Shown piece by piece: positions 61,201-64,000 of a stretch of 64,000 bases of DNA (position 1 is its first letter; each line of letters starts with the position of its first letter). The DNA is from the human T2T-CHM13v2.0 reference genome, Homo sapiens. The translations under genes were made by a program, and so were the position numbers. The DNA lies in NCBI RefSeq assembly GCF_009914755.1, contig NC_060937.1; one strand, 5' to 3'. The notes under the pieces are model-generated. The model worked only from the letters and a program-made list of their open reading frames with translations, had not been told where the DNA came from and did not search any database.

Positions 61201-64000
61201 AAAATATCAAAGTACCTGAAATATATACTGTATACTGTACATAAAATATCAAAGTACCCAAAATATATACTATATACTGTACATAAAATATGAAGGTACA
61301 TCAAATATATATTATATCCTGTACATAAAATATCAAAGTACACCTATTATATATTGTGTACTGTACATAATATATTAAATCGCCCAAATATATATTGTAT
61401 ACTGTATATAAAATATGAAGGTACTTCAAATATATATTATATTCTGCACATAAAATATCAAAGTACCCAAAGTATGCATTACATACTGTACATAAAATAT
61501 CAAAGTACACATATTATCTATTATATAATGTACATAAAATATGAAGGTTCATCAAATATATATTATATTCTGTACATAATATATCAAAGTACATCAAATA
61601 TATGTTATATACTGTACATAAAATATCAAAGTACCAAAAATATGTATTATATACTGTACATAAAACATGAAAGTAACCAAACATTTATAATAAACTGTAC
61701 ATAAAATATCAAAGTACTCAATCTACATATTATATACAGTATATAAAATATCAAAGTACACAAACTGTATATTATATACTGTACATAATATATCAAAGTA
61801 CCCAGAATATATAGCATACTGTACTTAAAATATCAAAGTACCCAAAATATATATTGTATACTGTACATAAAATATGAAGGTACATCAAAGATATATTATA
61901 TTCTGTACATAAAATATCAAAGTACACCAAATATATATTATATGCTGTACATAATATATTAAAGTTGCCCATATATACATTATATACTGTACATAAAATA
62001 TGAACGTACATCAAATATATAGTATATGCTGCACATAAAATATCAAAGTACCCAAAGTATGTATTATACACTGTACATAAAATATCAAAGTACCAAAAGT
62101 ATATATTACATACTGTAAATAAAATATGAAGGTACCTCAAATATATATTATATTCTGTACATAAAATATCAAAGTACACCAAGTATATACTATATACTCT
62201 GCATAAAATATTAAATTACCCAAAATATGTATTGCATTGTGTACATAAAATATGAAAGTAACCAAACATTTATAATAAACTGTACATAAAATATCAAAGT
62301 ACTCAAACTGTATATTATATACTGTACATAAAGTATCAAAGTACCCAAACTGTGTAGTATATACTGTACATAAAATATCAAGGTACCCAAAATATATATT
62401 GTAAACTGTAGATAAAATATCAAAGTACCCAAAATATATATTATATACTGTACATAAAATATGAAGGCACATCCAATATATACTATATTCTGTACATAAA
62501 ATATCAAAGTACACCAAATGTATATTATATACTGTACAAAAAATATCAAAGTACCCAAAGTGTATATTATATACTGTACATAAAATATGAAGGTTCATCA
62601 AATATATTTTATATTCTGCACATAATATATCAAAGTACAGCAAATATATATTATATACTGTACATAAAATATCAAAGTACCCAAAATATGTATTATATAC
62701 TGTACATAAAATATGAAAGTAACCAAACATTTATAATAAACTGTACATAAAGTATCAAAGTACTCAAACTACATATTATATACAGTATATAAAATGTCAA
62801 AGTACCCAAACTGTATATTATATACTGTACATAATATATCAAAGTACCCGAATATATAGCATACTGTACATAAAATATCAAGGTACCCAAAGTGTGTATT
62901 ATATACTGCACATAAAATATGAAGGTACATAAAATATATATTGTATTCTCTACATAAAATATCAAAGTACTCCAAATATATATTATATGCTGTACATAAT
63001 ATATTATAGTCGCCCAAATATATATTATATACTGTACATAAAATATGAAGGTACATCAAATATATATTATATGCTGCACATAAAATATCAAAGTACCCAA
63101 AGTATGTGTTATATACTGTACATAAAATATCAAAGTACCCAATGTATATATTATATACTGTACATAAAATATAAAATACCCCAAATATATATTATATGCT
63201 GTACATAAAATATCAAAGTACACAAAATATGTATTATATACTGTACATAAAATACCAAAGGACCCAAAATATATATTATATACTGTACATAAAATATCAA
63301 AATACCCAAAATATATATTATATACTGTACATAAAATACCAAAGTACCCAAAGTATATATTATATACCGTACAAAAAATATCAAAGTAGCCAAAATATGT
63401 ATTATACACTGTACATAATATATGAAAGTACCCAAACATTTATAATAAAGTGTACATAAAATATCAATGTACTCAAACTATATATTATGTGCGGTACATA
63501 AGATATCAAAGTACCCATACTATATAGTATATACTGTACTTAAAATATCAAAATACCCAAAATATATATTATATACGTTACATAAACTATCAAATACACA
63601 AAGTATGTATTATGTACTGTACATAAAATAGCAAAGTTCCCAAAATATGTATTACATACTATACATAAAATATGAAAGCACCCAACCATTTATAATAAAC
63701 TCTACATAAAATACCAAAGTACCCAAACTGTGTATTATATACTGTCCATAAAATATCAAAGTACCCAAAATATATATTGTAAACTCTACAGAAAATATCA
63801 AAGTAGCCAAAATACATATTGTATACTGTACATAAAATATAAAAGTACCCCAAATATATATTATATACTGTACATAAAATATCAAAGTACCCATAATACA
63901 TATTATATACTGTACATAAAATATCAAAGGACCCAAAATAAACATTATATACTGTACATAAAATATCCAAATACTCAAAATATATATTACATACTGTACA
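46294..64000 (+). repeat. Regular array of ~3,013-bp (72-monomer) HOR units
   Basis: The marker TTGTGTACTG..AAATCGCCC recurs at 46294, 49304, 52316, 55328, 58341 and 61354 (spacings 3010, 3012, 3012, 3013, 3013). The independent marker GTGCGGTAC shows the same spacing out to ~63490. Confidence 0.93.
47077..53098 (+). repeat. Recent tandem duplication of one 72-mer HOR unit
   Basis: Adjacent units give identical translated ORFs (47077/50087, 48528/51540, 49304/52316). They share rare variants such as AAGGTACAAC, AAATTACCCAAAG and AAGAATGC. Confidence 0.82.

Larger units (their letters stand above)
1..64000 (+). repeat. HSat1A (human satellite 1A / SAR) 42-bp tandem satellite array, running off both ends of the window
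   Basis: Continuous 42-bp periodicity with consensus ACATAAAATATCAAAGTACCCAAAATATATATTATATACTGT. Two GTAC (RsaI) sites per monomer give the classical 17+25-bp A/B subunits of satellite I. Very AT-rich, G-poor on + strand, same orientation throughout. Confidence 0.96.

Noticed and set aside
275-63978. Hundreds of ORFs of 60-222 aa with 14-aa periodicity (YFDILCTVYNIYFG, GTLIFYVQYIIYIL, YYILYIKYQSTQN)
   Set aside because: 42 is divisible by 3 and some frames of the consensus lack stops, so the repeat generates periodic ORFs on both strands. They overlap, often use TTG/GTG starts, are broken by frameshifting indels and resemble no protein family I recognise.
1-64000. CRISPR-like array (conserved CTGTACATAAAATATCAAAGTAC plus variable segment)
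   Set aside because: The variable segments are homologous to one another and recur with the HOR period, so they are not unique spacers. There are no cas genes or leader.
1-64000. Alpha satellite, HSat2/3, HSat1B or telomeric repeat
   Set aside because: No 171-bp period or CENP-B box, no CATTC pentamers, no Alu-derived segment and no TTAGGG.
1-64000. Definite chromosome or species assignment
   Set aside because: HSat1A occurs on several human chromosomes and has ape relatives. The 3.0/6.3-kb periods suggest an acrocentric array from memory only; mapping is needed.
1-64000. AT-rich microbial or organellar origin (e.g. minicircle, guide-RNA or antigen-cassette system)
   Set aside because: The monomer matches the classical satellite I 17/25-bp units, and there is no unique sequence, coding cassette or recombinase in the window.

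Overview
The entire 64 kb is one uninterrupted, single-orientation, very AT-rich tandem array of a 42-bp monomer (about 1,520 copies). The consensus is ACATAAAATATCAAAGT + ACCCAAAATATATATTATATACTGT, i.e. 17-bp and 25-bp halves split by GTAC. This matches human (or possibly great-ape) Satellite 1A (HSat1A/SAR), the pericentromeric and acrocentric-arm satellite. I see no genes, RNA genes, mobile elements or CRISPR arrays; all supplied ORFs are translations of the repeat. The monomers form a ~3,013-bp 72-mer higher-order repeat (HOR) and a ~3,307-bp 79-mer variant carrying 7 extra monomers. The left ~44 kb is rearranged by whole-monomer deletions and duplications and contains a ~7.7-kb block duplicated at a 16,285-bp offset. 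The right ~20 kb is a regular 72-mer array. The most notable functional hypothesis is that the + strand of the monomer contains a perfect Pumilio response element (TGTACATA), so a + strand transcript would be an extremely dense, NORAD-like PUM1/2-binding RNA. All coordinates and spacings were read by eye from marker motifs and the ORF track; breakpoints are approximate.
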